This document shows positions 54,382 to 63,950 of a DNA stretch of 64,000 bases, in pieces. The notes under the pieces are model-generated. The model saw nothing but the letters and a program-made list of their open reading frames with translations, searched no databases and had not been told where the DNA came from. Made by a program: the position numbers and the translations under genes. Origin of the DNA: an uncultured bacterium (lineage in GTDB: Bacteria > Acidobacteriota > Thermoanaerobaculia > Multivoradales > JAHZIX01). How positions within the stretch are numbered: the first letter of the stretch is position 1; every line of letters begins with the position of its first letter. Where the stretch lies: contig CBDUPA010000007.1 of the NCBI GenBank assembly GCA_965368975.1, positions 64,001 through 128,000 on the forward strand, read 5' to 3'.

Positions 54382-56772
54382 ATGGACAGCAAGAATGACC
54401 TCCCGAAAACGCCGGCCGTTTCCCTTTGGGGAACTCTCTGGCGCGACCCCCGCCATTATCAGATCACCATCCTCGGGACCCTCAGTCTCTACGGCTTGGG
54501 CAGTCTGGGTTTCGTCGTGCCGCCGGCGCAGGCGTTGACGCTGATCGTGACGGCCTTGGTGACGCAGTGGGCCTTCTCACGCTGGCGCGGTATCGCGCTG
54601 GATGTCCGCAGTCCGCTGATCTCGTCACTGTCGCTGTGTCTGCTGTTGCGCAGTCCGTCCATGACGCTGGCGGCGCTGGCGGCGTTCGTCACGATCGCGG
54701 GCAAGTTCTTGATCCGGCGGCGAGGCAAGCACGTCTTCAATCCGACCAATCTCGGTCTGGTGGTGATGCTCGGCGCGGCGTTGCTGCTGCGCGCGTGGTG
54801 GCCATCGCTGGGTGGCGTCTGGGTGTCGCCGGGGCAGTGGGGCAGTACCGCCTTTGTGGGCTTCTTCCTGGCCTGTCTGGGTGCGCTGGTGCTCTACCGA
54901 GCGGCGCGCGCGGACGTCAGCCTGGGCTTTCTCGGCGCGTATGCGGCGCTGTGCTGTGGCCGCGCGCTGTGGTTGGGCGATCCGTGGTCGATTCCGCTGC
55001 ACCAGCTACAGAACGGCTCACTGCTGATCTTCACCTTCTTCATGATCTCGGACCCCAAGACGACGCCCGACTCGCGCGCCGGCCGGCTGCTGTTCGCAGC
55101 GCTGGTGGCGGTGGGGGCTGCTTGGGTGCAGTTCGGGCTGTACCAGCCCAACGGACCGCTGTGGGCGCTGGCCGCGCTGGCGCCGACGGTGCCGTTGCTC
55201 GACCGTCTACTGCCGGGGCAGCGCTACCGCTGGCCCGGCCTACCAGCAACCACTCCGTCTCGACTCACTCTGACTGGACTCACTCAGAACCAAGGAGGAC
55301 AGACTATGTCTTCTCTCTCGTCTCCGCGATGCCGCTTGCGCCGTTCCGCCCTGCAGGGCGGAGTCCCGCGTCTCTTTCTCGCCTTGCTGCTGCCGCTGCT
55401 CCTGGTGTCGCTGCTGTTGCCTGCGGGCTCGGCGTCCGCCTTCTGCGGCTTCTACGTCGCCAAGGCGGACACGAAGCTGTTCAACCGAGCCTCGAAGGTC
55501 GTACTGGTACGCGACGGTGATCGCACGGTGATGACGATGGCCAATGACTACCAGGGCGACCTGTCCGAGTTCGCGGTCGTGATCCCGGTGCCGACGTTCC
55601 TCGAACGCGAGCAGATCCACGTTGCCGACAACGCGTTGATCGAACACCTGGACGCCTACACGGCGCCGCGCCTGGTCGAGTACTTCGACGACAACCCTTG
55701 CGGCCGCTACGAGATGGAGGCGGCGATGCCGTCTGCGGTGATGCGCCAGGACATGGCTGCCGAGGGCAAATCGCTCGAAAGGGCGCGCAGCCTGGGCGTG
55801 ACGATCGAGGCACAGTACGACGTCGGTGAGTACGACATCCTGATCCTGTCGGCCGAGGAGAGCACCGGCTTGGTGACCTGGCTGACCGAGAGTGGTTACC
55901 GTTTGCCTGAGGGTGCTGAGCCGGTGGTCGGCAGTTACTTGAAGCAGGGCGTTCGTTTCTTCGTCGCCAAGGTCGACTTGAGTGAGCAGGCGAAGCTGGG
56001 GTACAGCTACCTGCGGCCGCTGCAGGTAGCCTTCGAGACGCCCAAGTTCATGCTGCCGATCCGCCTGGGGACGGTGAACGCTGAGGGCCCGCAGGAGCTC
56101 TTCGTCTTCGCGCTGACCCGCCGCGGTCGGGTGGAGACGACGAACTACCGTACGGTGCGCCTACCGACAGGGCAGGAGATCCCGACCTATGTCAAGAATG
56201 ACTTCGGCGACTTCTACCGCGACATGTTTAGCCAGCAAGTGGAGAAGGAGAACATGCGCGCGGTGTTCTTGGAGTACGCCTGGGACATGGCCTGGTGCGA
56301 TCCCTGCGCCGCCGATCCGCTGAGCCAGAGCGAGCTGCGCGAGCTGGGTGTCTTCTGGCTCGACGGTGGTCCGACTGTGGGCCCAACTGGGGGCCCGACT
56401 GTGGGCCCAACTGGGGGCCGGCAGGTGCAGCCCTCGGGGCCGCAGAACGTCTTCGTGACGCGGCTGCACGTGCGCTACGACGCTGCGCACTTCCCGGAGG
56501 ATCTGTTCTTCCAGCAGACGGGGGACAGGACCAACTTCCAGGGCCGTTATGTGCTACGCCATGCTTGGACCGGCAACGATCGCTGCCCGGCGGCGCAGGA
56601 GTACTTCCGGCAACTCGCCGATCGTCGCGAGCAGGAGGCCAAGACGCTGGCCAGCCTGACCGGCTGGAATGTCAATGACATTCGCGGACGGATGGGGGAG
56701 GTGCCGGGTGCTGGCAGTCCCGAGCCGGCGGCGGACGAAGTGCCGTGGTGGAAGCGGATCTGGCCGGGCTGA
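54382..56772 (+). CDS. In-frame fusion of an RnfD/NqrB-like membrane protein and a DUF2330 protein, with internal RBS and ATG at 55306
   Basis: N-half DPRHYQI, KHVFNPTN, FFMISDPKTTP; C-half signal peptide then AFCGFYVAKAD, EYAWDMAWCDPCAADP. Confidence 0.8.
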   Translation: MDSKNDLPKTPAVSLWGTLWRDPRHYQITILGTLSLYGLGSLGFVVPPAQALTLIVTALVTQWAFSRWRGIALDVRSPLISSLSLCLLLRSPSMTLAALAAFVTIAGKFLIRRRGKHVFNPTNLGLVVMLGAALLLRAWWPSLGGVWVSPGQWGSTAFVGFFLACLGALVLYRAARADVSLGFLGAYAALCCGRALWLGDPWSIPLHQLQNGSLLIFTFFMISDPKTTPDSRAGRLLFAALVAVGAAWVQFGLYQPNGPLWALAALAPTVPLLDRLLPGQRYRWPGLPATTPSRLTLTGLTQNQGGQTMSSLSSPRCRLRRSALQGGVPRLFLALLLPLLLVSLLLPAGSASAFCGFYVAKADTKLFNRASKVVLVRDGDRTVMTMANDYQGDLSEFAVVIPVPTFLEREQIHVADNALIEHLDAYTAPRLVEYFDDNPCGRYEMEAAMPSAVMRQDMAAEGKSLERARSLGVTIEAQYDVGEYDILILSAEESTGLVTWLTESGYRLPEGAEPVVGSYLKQGVRFFVAKVDLSEQAKLGYSYLRPLQVAFETPKFMLPIRLGTVNAEGPQELFVFALTRRGRVETTNYRTVRLPTGQEIPTYVKNDFGDFYRDMFSQQVEKENMRAVFLEYAWDMAWCDPCAADPLSQSELRELGVFWLDGGPTVGPTGGPTVGPTGGRQVQPSGPQNVFVTRLHVRYDAAHFPEDLFFQQTGDRTNFQGRYVLRHAWTGNDRCPAAQEYFRQLADRREQEAKTLASLTGWNVNDIRGRMGEVPGAGSPEPAADEVPWWKRIWPG
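56371..56418 (+). repeat. 24-bp perfect tandem duplication encoding PTVGPTGG x2 in a DUF2330 loop
   Basis: CCGACTGTGGGCCCAACTGGGGGC x2. Confidence 0.9.
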
Positions 56773-56798
56773 GGGGGGCCGGACCACAGACGCCATTT

Positions 56799-56907
56799 TC
56801 TGGGTAGGGGCACCCCCATGTGGGTGCCCTGCGGCGGAACGCCGCATCCGGAATCCAGACCACCCGCACCCCGCCCAGGGCGGCCACACGGGGCCGCCCC
56901 TACCCAG
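56799..56907. repeat. Inverted pair of GTAG-type REP elements (BIME-like) between convergent genes
   Basis: TCTGGGTAGGGGCACCCCCATGTGGGTGCCC ... GGGCGGCCACACGGGGCCGCCCCTACCCAGA. Confidence 0.88.
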
Positions 56908-56919
56908 AAGGAAGCCGGA

Positions 56920-59061
56920 TTACTCGCCCTCTCCCGTGTACTTCTCCAGCCAGCCGAATACCTCGCTCCACCAGAGCATCGCCGCGTCCCGCTGCAGGAT
57001 CCAGTGGTTCTCGTTCGGGAAGATGACGATACGGGTGGGCACGCCCATGGCTTGCAGCACGCCGTACTGGTTGATGCCCTGCGTCACTGGCACGCGGTAG
57101 TCGAGTTCGCCATGCAGGATCAGTGTCGGGGTCTCGAAGTTCTTGGCGTAGCGGCTCGGGGAGTAGAGGTCGATGCGGTCGGGGTCGGTCCATGGTGAGG
57201 CGCCGTAGTTGTGGTTGCGGCCCCAGGTGGCGTCGGAGGCGAATTGGGCCATCAGGTCGTAGACGCCGGCATGGTTGATCAGCGCGGCGAACCGATCGGT
57301 GTGACCGAGGATCCAGCTCACCATGTAGCCACCGTAGGAACCGCCCGCGGCGGCCATGCGCTTCTCGTCGATGTAGCCGGTGTCGATCATCGCGTCGGTG
57401 GCTTTCATGATGTCTTCGAACGGCAGGTCGGCATGGTTGCCCAGGATCGACTCGGAGAAGGCCTGGCCGTAGCCGGTGGAGCCGTGGAAGTTGACCATCA
57501 CCGCGACGTGGCCCTTGGAGGCGAAGAGCGCCGGGTTCCAACGGTAGTGGAAGGAGTCCTGGAAGGAGCCGTGCGGGCCGCCGTGGATCAGGTGCAGGAG
57601 CGGCCACTTCTTGGAGGCATCGAAGCCCGGCGGCTTGATGATCACCGCGTGCACGGAGTCACCGGCAGCGCCGACGAAGTCCATGTCTTCGAGCGAACCG
57701 AAGTCGATCTTGGCCAGGCGTTCGGCATTCGGATCGGCGAGGGTCGCATAGTCGCTCTCCTGGCCGAGGATGCCGCCGTGCAGCTTGAAGGGGGTGTTGT
57801 GGGCCTGACGGCGGTAAACGAAGCGTACGCCGTCGTCGGTGTTTGCCGTATCGGCCGAGGACGCGACACCGCCGCGCGCCACGATCTGGGGTTCACCGCC
57901 GTCGATGGGCATTGAGAAGATGTGGGTGCGGGCTCGCTCTTGGGCCTGGAAGAGGACGGTCTTGCCGTCCGGCGTGGTGCTCCAATTGCTCGGTTCCGCA
58001 TCCCAGTCGGCCGTCAGCTCGACGAATTCACCGCTCGTGCGATCGTAGCGCGCCAGGCGGGTGAAGTCGGGATGGATCTCGGGACGGTCGGTGCGGCCGA
58101 ACAGGATGTAGCGGCCGTCCGGAGTGTAGTAGGGGCTGCTGTCGCCCGCCACGTTGGCCTGCGTCAGGTTGCGTGGCTCGGCCGGCTCGCCACCGTCGAG
58201 GTAGGCGCTGAGATCGATGGTGAAGATGTCGACGTTGAGGCTGCGGAAGGGCGGCGCGGTCGAGTTGCCGGACATCGCCAGTTCCTTGCCGTCCGGGCTC
58301 AGGTCCCAGCCGCCGCCCCAGCCGCTCCAGGCGTCCCAGCCGGGCGTCAGGTCCTTGACACTGCCGTCTTCCAACTCGACGGCGAAAACGTGGCTGACGC
58401 TGCCGTCGGTGGTGTAGTGATCCCAGTAGCGCAGTGTGCGGTTTTCGGTCGACTTGGCCTGGACCTTGTCTTCCTTCTGCTCGTCTCGGCGCTTCTTGAC
58501 CGCTTCGAAGTCGTCGTTCAAGTCTGGCCAGGTGGTGGCGCTGAAAGCGATACGGCTGCCGTCGCCGAACCATTGCGGACCGCCGACGCCGATCGGCAGC
58601 TCGGTGACCGGCTCGGCCTCGCCCGGACGATCCATGGGCAGGATGTAGAGCTGTGGTGGGCTGTCGCCCCGCTTGGAGGTGAAGGCCAGGCGGGTACCGT
58701 CGGGACTCCAGGTGGGGGAGCCGTCGCTACCCGTGTTGAAGGTCAGCTGGCGCGGCTCGCTGCTGCCGTCGGCGGCGACCAGCCACAGGTCGCTGTTGCC
58801 CTTGCCCTTGTCGTCGTAGACGGTCACCGGGTAGACCACCCACGCGCCGTCTGGCGACAGCGCCGGCTCGCCGATGCGGTGCATGGCCCACAGATCCTCG
58901 GGCGTGATGGCGCGCGGGCCTGTGGCCGTTTCTTCGCCGGCCGCAGGTGCGGCTGCTTCCGGTGCCTCTTGGCCGAGCACGGTCGTCGGCGTCAGGAGTA
59001 GGGCGGTGGTGAGCCACAGCAGGCAGGTGGCGAGCAGGACTGAGCAGCGAACTGGAAGCAT
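56920..59061 (-). CDS. S9 family (S9C-like) exported serine peptidase
   Basis: Signal peptide; PD40 propeller repeats (SPDG); IHGGPH, GGSYGGY, HGELDYRVP, ENHW. Confidence 0.95.
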   Translation of the reverse strand: MLPVRCSVLLATCLLWLTTALLLTPTTVLGQEAPEAAAPAAGEETATGPRAITPEDLWAMHRIGEPALSPDGAWVVYPVTVYDDKGKGNSDLWLVAADGSSEPRQLTFNTGSDGSPTWSPDGTRLAFTSKRGDSPPQLYILPMDRPGEAEPVTELPIGVGGPQWFGDGSRIAFSATTWPDLNDDFEAVKKRRDEQKEDKVQAKSTENRTLRYWDHYTTDGSVSHVFAVELEDGSVKDLTPGWDAWSGWGGGWDLSPDGKELAMSGNSTAPPFRSLNVDIFTIDLSAYLDGGEPAEPRNLTQANVAGDSSPYYTPDGRYILFGRTDRPEIHPDFTRLARYDRTSGEFVELTADWDAEPSNWSTTPDGKTVLFQAQERARTHIFSMPIDGGEPQIVARGGVASSADTANTDDGVRFVYRRQAHNTPFKLHGGILGQESDYATLADPNAERLAKIDFGSLEDMDFVGAAGDSVHAVIIKPPGFDASKKWPLLHLIHGGPHGSFQDSFHYRWNPALFASKGHVAVMVNFHGSTGYGQAFSESILGNHADLPFEDIMKATDAMIDTGYIDEKRMAAAGGSYGGYMVSWILGHTDRFAALINHAGVYDLMAQFASDATWGRNHNYGASPWTDPDRIDLYSPSRYAKNFETPTLILHGELDYRVPVTQGINQYGVLQAMGVPTRIVIFPNENHWILQRDAAMLWWSEVFGWLEKYTGEGE

Positions 59062-59186
59062 GCGGGGAATCCTCCGGAAGGGGTTCTCAGAACTGGTGTA
59101 GGGAATACAATGTGCCGGTGGGAGGCGGCCCTGCGCAGGGCTGTCGGCCGGCCTGGCTATTCGAAACTTGGAGGCATTACCGTACC

Positions 59187-60302
59187 ATGAGAGATCCTCG
59201 CATCCGCAAAGTCGCGGACGTTCTGGTGCACCACTCGACCCGCTTGCAGGCGGGGGAGAAGGTGCTGATCGAAGCCATCGACGCTCCCGAACCGGTGGTC
59301 CTGGCCTTGGTCGAAGCGGCGACTGACGCGGGCGCACATCCCGTGGTCCTGCTCAAGAACTACCGTATCTTCCGCCACCTGCTGCAGCGGGCCAGCGTCG
59401 AGGCGCTGGAACTCACCGCCGCCGCCGAGACGAGGCTCATGGACGGTGTCGACGCCTACATCGCGGTGCGTGGGAGCGACAACATCTCTGAGCTCGCGGA
59501 CGTGCCGACCGACCGTCTGCGCTTGTATGAGCAGCACGTCTGGAAGCCGGTGCATTTGGAGCGGCGCCTGCCGTCGACCAAGTGGGTCTTGCTGCGCTGG
59601 CCGACCCCCGGCATGGCGCAGCTGGCGCGCCAGTCGACCGAGAGTTTCGAGGACTACTTTTTCGACGTCTGCACGCTCGACTACGGCAAGATGTCGCGTG
59701 CCATGCAGCCACTCAAGGAGCGCATGGAAGCCACCAACCGTGTGCGCCTGGTGGCACCGGGCACTGATCTCAGCTTCAGCATTGAGGGTATCCCCGCCGT
59801 CGCCTGTGACGGTCGGCGCAACATCCCGGACGGCGAGGTCTACACCGCGCCGGTGCGCGATAGTGCCGAGGGCGTGATCACGTACAACACCCCCAGCCTC
59901 TACCGTGGTGTCATCCACGAGAACGTTCGCTTCCGCTTCGAGGCGGGCAAGATCGTCGAGGCCAGCAGTACGCATACCGGGCACCTCGAGGAAGTCCTCG
60001 ACACCGACGGTGGTGCCCGCTACATCGGTGAGTTCGCCATCGGCTTCAACCCCTACATCACGCGTCCGATTCAAGACGGTCTGTTCGACGAGAAGATCGC
60101 CGGCAGCATCCACCTGACTCCCGGCAACGCCTACGACACGGCTTTCAACGGCAACCGTAGTCAGATCCATTGGGACCTGGTGTTGCAGATGGATGCCGAG
60201 CGCGGCGGCGGCGAGATCTGGTTCGACGACACCTTGGTGCGCAAGGACGGCTTGTTCGTGGTCGAGGATCTCGTGGGGCTGAATCCCGAGAATTTGCTGT
60301 AG
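59187..60302 (+). CDS. M29 family aminopeptidase (AmpS/PepS-like)
   Basis: MRDPRI, NIPDGEVYTAP, ARYIGEFAIG, LFDEKIAGSIHLTPG, NRSQIHWD. Confidence 0.93.
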   Translation: MRDPRIRKVADVLVHHSTRLQAGEKVLIEAIDAPEPVVLALVEAATDAGAHPVVLLKNYRIFRHLLQRASVEALELTAAAETRLMDGVDAYIAVRGSDNISELADVPTDRLRLYEQHVWKPVHLERRLPSTKWVLLRWPTPGMAQLARQSTESFEDYFFDVCTLDYGKMSRAMQPLKERMEATNRVRLVAPGTDLSFSIEGIPAVACDGRRNIPDGEVYTAPVRDSAEGVITYNTPSLYRGVIHENVRFRFEAGKIVEASSTHTGHLEEVLDTDGGARYIGEFAIGFNPYITRPIQDGLFDEKIAGSIHLTPGNAYDTAFNGNRSQIHWDLVLQMDAERGGGEIWFDDTLVRKDGLFVVEDLVGLNPENLL

Positions 60303-60410
60303 GACAAGCCCGTACGCGAGCGCACGATCACGGAAACCCTGTTTTGGGTTGCATGGCCGATCCTCTAGAATCCGGGAACCTTGAACCCTTCCTTTCTTGG
60401 AGGAGACACC

Positions 60411-60584
60411 ATGAAGAAGCAGACCTTCCGCAAGTTGCAGCTCAAGCGCGAGACGCTGAACGTCGAACTGCTCGAACTTGCCTTCGGTGGCGCCGACACC
60501 GTCCTGGAGCCGGGCGAGGGCCCCGCCGAGCCGGAACCGCAGCCGCTGTCCGCTGGCCCGAGCTGGTGCGGCTGCGCTGCCTGA
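60411..60584 (+). CDS. Putative RiPP precursor 1 (57 aa): KLxLxRETL leader, GG motif, core ending PQPLSAGPSWCGCAA
   Basis: GGAGGAG RBS; paralogous to the next ORF. Confidence 0.8.
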   Translation: MKKQTFRKLQLKRETLNVELLELAFGGADTVLEPGEGPAEPEPQPLSAGPSWCGCAA

Positions 60585-60622
60585 CGTCGTTTTTCCACCC
60601 TAACCTCTCGAGGAGAATCCCC

Positions 60623-60775
60623 ATGAAGAAGACCCAGAGCCGGAAGCTGATCCTGCAGCGTGAAACCCTGCGTGCCGAACTCGAACTCGTCCGCGGCGGC
60701 CTGCCGGAGGGTGGTGAAGAGCAGTTCAAGGACCCGCAGCCCTTGAGTGCTGGTCCCAGCTGGTGCGGCTGCTGA
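60623..60775 (+). CDS. Putative RiPP precursor 2 (50 aa): KLxLxRETL leader, GG motif, core ending PQPLSAGPSWCGC
   Basis: GAGGAG RBS; 13-residue C-terminal motif identical to precursor 1, with synonymous codon differences. Confidence 0.8.
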   Translation: MKKTQSRKLILQRETLRAELELVRGGLPEGGEEQFKDPQPLSAGPSWCGC

Positions 60776-60795
60776 GAAATCCGTAGAAGGGACAG

Positions 60796-60826
60796 GGCGT
60801 CAGGGGGTCGATCGGCCCCTGACGCC
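60796..60826. terminator. Stem-loop after the precursor pair, between convergent genes
   Basis: GGCGTCAGGGG...CCCCTGACGCC 11-bp stem. Confidence 0.7.
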
Positions 60827-60839
60827 TCCTCTTGCTGGC

Positions 60840-62237
60840 TCACGTACTCTCTGTGGTTGCCGCCAACGCCTCTACTTCTCGATAGATCTCTCGTCTCAGT
60901 TGTTGCAGCTCCGTCGCTGTGCGGTCGCGTGTTCGCAACTGCAGATACGCGCGAACCTCGGCCAGGAAGCGGCGACGCTGCTCGTGGAATCGCAGCGCGA
61001 TCCAACCGGACAGCGGAGCCAGCAGACCGAGGCTCAAACCGACCCAGCCGTTGCTGGTCGCCAGGCCGCTGGCGAGCGCCAGCAGGAGCCAGGTGGTCGG
61101 GAAGAGGAAGAGGCCGGAGAACAGTTTGTAGGTCGCTGGTTGTTCGGGCTCGTCGGCGAAGCGGTCAGCGCACCAGCCGCTGAGGCGATAGGGTAGGTAG
61201 TTGAGCACTGTGCCAATCGCTGCGACGGGAAGGTGGAAGAGCAGCAGCGCGACGCTGCGCAACAGGTAGCGCAGGACCAGCGTCAGCGGATAGCGCGCAC
61301 CAACCTGATCGTCGCGCAGCCCGGTGGCGTCGAGCAGGGCGTCGTAGGCACGCACCCGCTCCGCCAGAGCTTCGATCTGCGCCGGCTGCGTCTCGCGCAG
61401 CTGCTGGTAGCCGGCGACGAGCTGCTGGCTCAGCACGCCACGCTCGGCGAGCGGTGTTTCTCCCGGGGCTTCGCGGTGCAGGCGGGCTGTCAGATCGGCG
61501 GCGCGACGAATCAGGCGCGCCTGCTCCCAGGTCTCGGTGTTGACTGTCACCTCGCGCAGCGCCGCCTCGATGTCGGCGGTCAGCTGGCGTACCGTCTCGA
61601 AGCCGTGCTCGGCGTAGGCGGCCTGGTACCTCGAGGCTCGCAGTGGCGTGCCGATGCGGACCAAGGCGCGTGAACGGAAGCGGGTCTTCTCCTCGAAGTC
61701 GAGTCCCATGGGGATGATGCGGACGTCGAGCCCCCCGGGTGTGTCTTGGGCAAAGCGCTCTCCGGCTTCCAGGGCGATGCGCGCGGCGCCCGTCTTGAGT
61801 GGTTGCAGCTGGGGTTCGTCGTGGCTGATCCCCTCGGGGAACAGGCTCATGACGCCACCGTCGCGCAGCAGTTCGTGGCAGCGCGCGAACATCTGCTGGT
61901 TCTGCGAGGTGTCGACGTCGTCCTGCCTGCGGTAAACCGGGATCACCGCCGCCAGCTCCAACCAGGGGCGCAGGCTCGGCTTCTTCCACAGCGTGCTCTT
62001 GGCCAGCATGCGCGGCATGCGCGGCAGTGCGCCGATCACCAGGAGCGGGTCGATCAGGCTGTTGCCATGGTTGGCGACGACGATCCATGGTTGCAGGGAT
62101 CCGCCCGGCAGATTCTCCCGTCCGACCACTTCCAGGCGACGGAAGAAAATGTGTAGCACCAGCCGGCACAGAGCCAGCAGCAGGCGATCGAGCCGATGCC
62201 GCACCTCAGTGACCTCCGCTGACGGGCTCGTTCTCAA
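60840..62237 (-). CDS. Lysophospholipid/glycerol acyltransferase family membrane protein
   Basis: VANHGNSLIDP (HxxxxD), FPEGISH, LKTGAAR; C-terminal TMs; start uncertain. Confidence 0.9.
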   Translation of the reverse strand: MRTSPSAEVTEVRHRLDRLLLALCRLVLHIFFRRLEVVGRENLPGGSLQPWIVVANHGNSLIDPLLVIGALPRMPRMLAKSTLWKKPSLRPWLELAAVIPVYRRQDDVDTSQNQQMFARCHELLRDGGVMSLFPEGISHDEPQLQPLKTGAARIALEAGERFAQDTPGGLDVRIIPMGLDFEEKTRFRSRALVRIGTPLRASRYQAAYAEHGFETVRQLTADIEAALREVTVNTETWEQARLIRRAADLTARLHREAPGETPLAERGVLSQQLVAGYQQLRETQPAQIEALAERVRAYDALLDATGLRDDQVGARYPLTLVLRYLLRSVALLLFHLPVAAIGTVLNYLPYRLSGWCADRFADEPEQPATYKLFSGLFLFPTTWLLLALASGLATSNGWVGLSLGLLAPLSGWIALRFHEQRRRFLAEVRAYLQLRTRDRTATELQQLRREIYREVEALAATTEST

Positions 62238-63558
62238 GTTCCGGAATCGGCCGTGTGCGTGTGTGCCACGCCGCGGCCTCCCGCTGGCCGCGCCCCTCGT
62301 CGACGAACTGCATGCCGATCAGGCCGAGCAGGAACAGGCCGCTAGTGGCCAGGATCGCGATGCGCTGCGATCCGCTGGCAGCCGACAGCAAGCCGAAGAG
62401 CATCGGGCCGAAGGCGTAAGCACCCTTGCCCGCAAGGCCCCAGAAACCGAAGAACTCGCCGCTCTTCTCGGGCGGTGAGAACAGGCCCACCATCGCGCGC
62501 GACGCCGACTGTAGCGAGCCGATGCCGAGGCCGGCGATCAGCGCGATGGCCCAGAACTGGCCCTTGCTCTGGCAGAAGTAGGAACCGACGCAGACCCCGA
62601 TCCACAACACCAATGTCATACGGATGGTCAGGCGCCCGCCGAGACGATCCTGGACGAAGCCGAAGATCCACGCCCCGATGGCTGACGACAGTTGCAAGAG
62701 CAGAAACAGGCCGATCAGCTCACTGGCGGTGAAGTGCAGAGTACGCTCGGCGAAGATGCCGGCGAAGGCGATCACGGTGGTCAGGCCGGCCTGGTAGAAG
62801 AAGAACACCCCAAGGAAGCGCAGCAGTTCGGAGAAGTGCCGGATCTCCTTGGCCGTCGTTGCCAGGCGCCGGAAGCCGACCGCCGCGTACTCCACGATAC
62901 CGCGCTTCGGGCCACGCGGTGCTCGTTCCCGCAGCAGTGCGAAAGTCGGGATGCCGGCGAGCAGGAAGAACAGGGCCGTGCCCACCCAGACCAGGCGCAA
63001 GTCGGTGTACGTACCCAGGTTCTCCGGTGCTAGCAGTTGCTCTGTCGGCCAGTGCAAGCCGTCCATCAGCGGCCGCAGTAGCAGCAGGCAGATCAGCCCG
63101 CCCAGATAGCCGATGCCCCAGCCGAAGGCCGAGATGCGTCCGATGTTTTGCGGTGTCGAGATCTCGGGCAGGAAGGCGCCGGCGAAGTTCTCGCCGAAGG
63201 AAAAGGCGACGTTGGAGATCACCAGCAGCACCAGGGCGAAGACGATTTCCCCGGGTACCGCGAAGTACAGCGCTGCCGTCCCGAGCACGCACACCAGGTA
63301 GCTGGTGAACAGGAACGCCTTCTTGCGTCCCGAATCGTCCGCTACTGCCCCGACGATCGGCGACAGCGCCATCACCAGCAGGTTGGTGATCGTCAAGCCG
63401 AGGGCCCAGTGCGCGTCGGCACTCGGGCCGCCATCGACGACCTTGGTGAAGTAGACGCCGAAGGCGACGGTGATGATCAGCGTCGTGTAGCTGGAGTTGG
63501 CGAAGTCGAACATCGCCCAGCCGAAAATCTCTCGGCGCCGGACGGGGAGTGTGGGCAT
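62206..63558 (-). CDS. MFS transporter (UMF1/ATG22-like)
   Basis: GWAMFDFANS, GRISAFGWGIGYLGG, SGEFFGFWGL; about 12 TMs. Confidence 0.92.
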   Translation of the reverse strand: MPTLPVRRREIFGWAMFDFANSSYTTLIITVAFGVYFTKVVDGGPSADAHWALGLTITNLLVMALSPIVGAVADDSGRKKAFLFTSYLVCVLGTAALYFAVPGEIVFALVLLVISNVAFSFGENFAGAFLPEISTPQNIGRISAFGWGIGYLGGLICLLLLRPLMDGLHWPTEQLLAPENLGTYTDLRLVWVGTALFFLLAGIPTFALLRERAPRGPKRGIVEYAAVGFRRLATTAKEIRHFSELLRFLGVFFFYQAGLTTVIAFAGIFAERTLHFTASELIGLFLLLQLSSAIGAWIFGFVQDRLGGRLTIRMTLVLWIGVCVGSYFCQSKGQFWAIALIAGLGIGSLQSASRAMVGLFSPPEKSGEFFGFWGLAGKGAYAFGPMLFGLLSAASGSQRIAILATSGLFLLGLIGMQFVDEGRGQREAAAWHTRTRPIPELENEPVSGGH

Positions 63559-63639
63559 GCAAGTCTCCTGGTGTGGACTTGATAGGTGTCAGACTCGGTC
63601 GGGAGACTTCACATTGTATCCCCAACGGGGAGAAGCGAA

Positions 63640-63936
63640 TCAGCTGACCTGGACCAGCGGTTCTGGCAACTGGAGATCTCGCGATGCATGGAAAAGGTCC
63701 ACGGCCTTCTGGGCATTGAGCCAGAACTCTGGAGTCGTCCGCAAGGCGGCAGCCAGCTTGAGTGCCATCTCCGCAGTGACGCCGGAGCGTCCATTGACGA
63801 TGCGGTTGATCACCTTGACATCGCAGCGTAGGTGATCTGCTAGCTGCTTCTGCGTCAAGTGTAGGGGGGCGAGGTATTCCTCGCGCAGGATCTCACCTGG
63901 CGGGGTAGGTTCGCGGGTAAGGTTCCAGGTGGGCAT
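63640..63936 (-). CDS. higA: HigA family antitoxin (Xre HTH)
   Basis: PTPPGEILREEYL, LTQKQLAD, VTAEMALKL, TTPEFWLNAQ. Confidence 0.93.
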   Translation of the reverse strand: MPTWNLTREPTPPGEILREEYLAPLHLTQKQLADHLRCDVKVINRIVNGRSGVTAEMALKLAAALRTTPEFWLNAQKAVDLFHASRDLQLPEPLVQVS

Positions 63937-63950
63937 GTGGTTTCCTCTCT

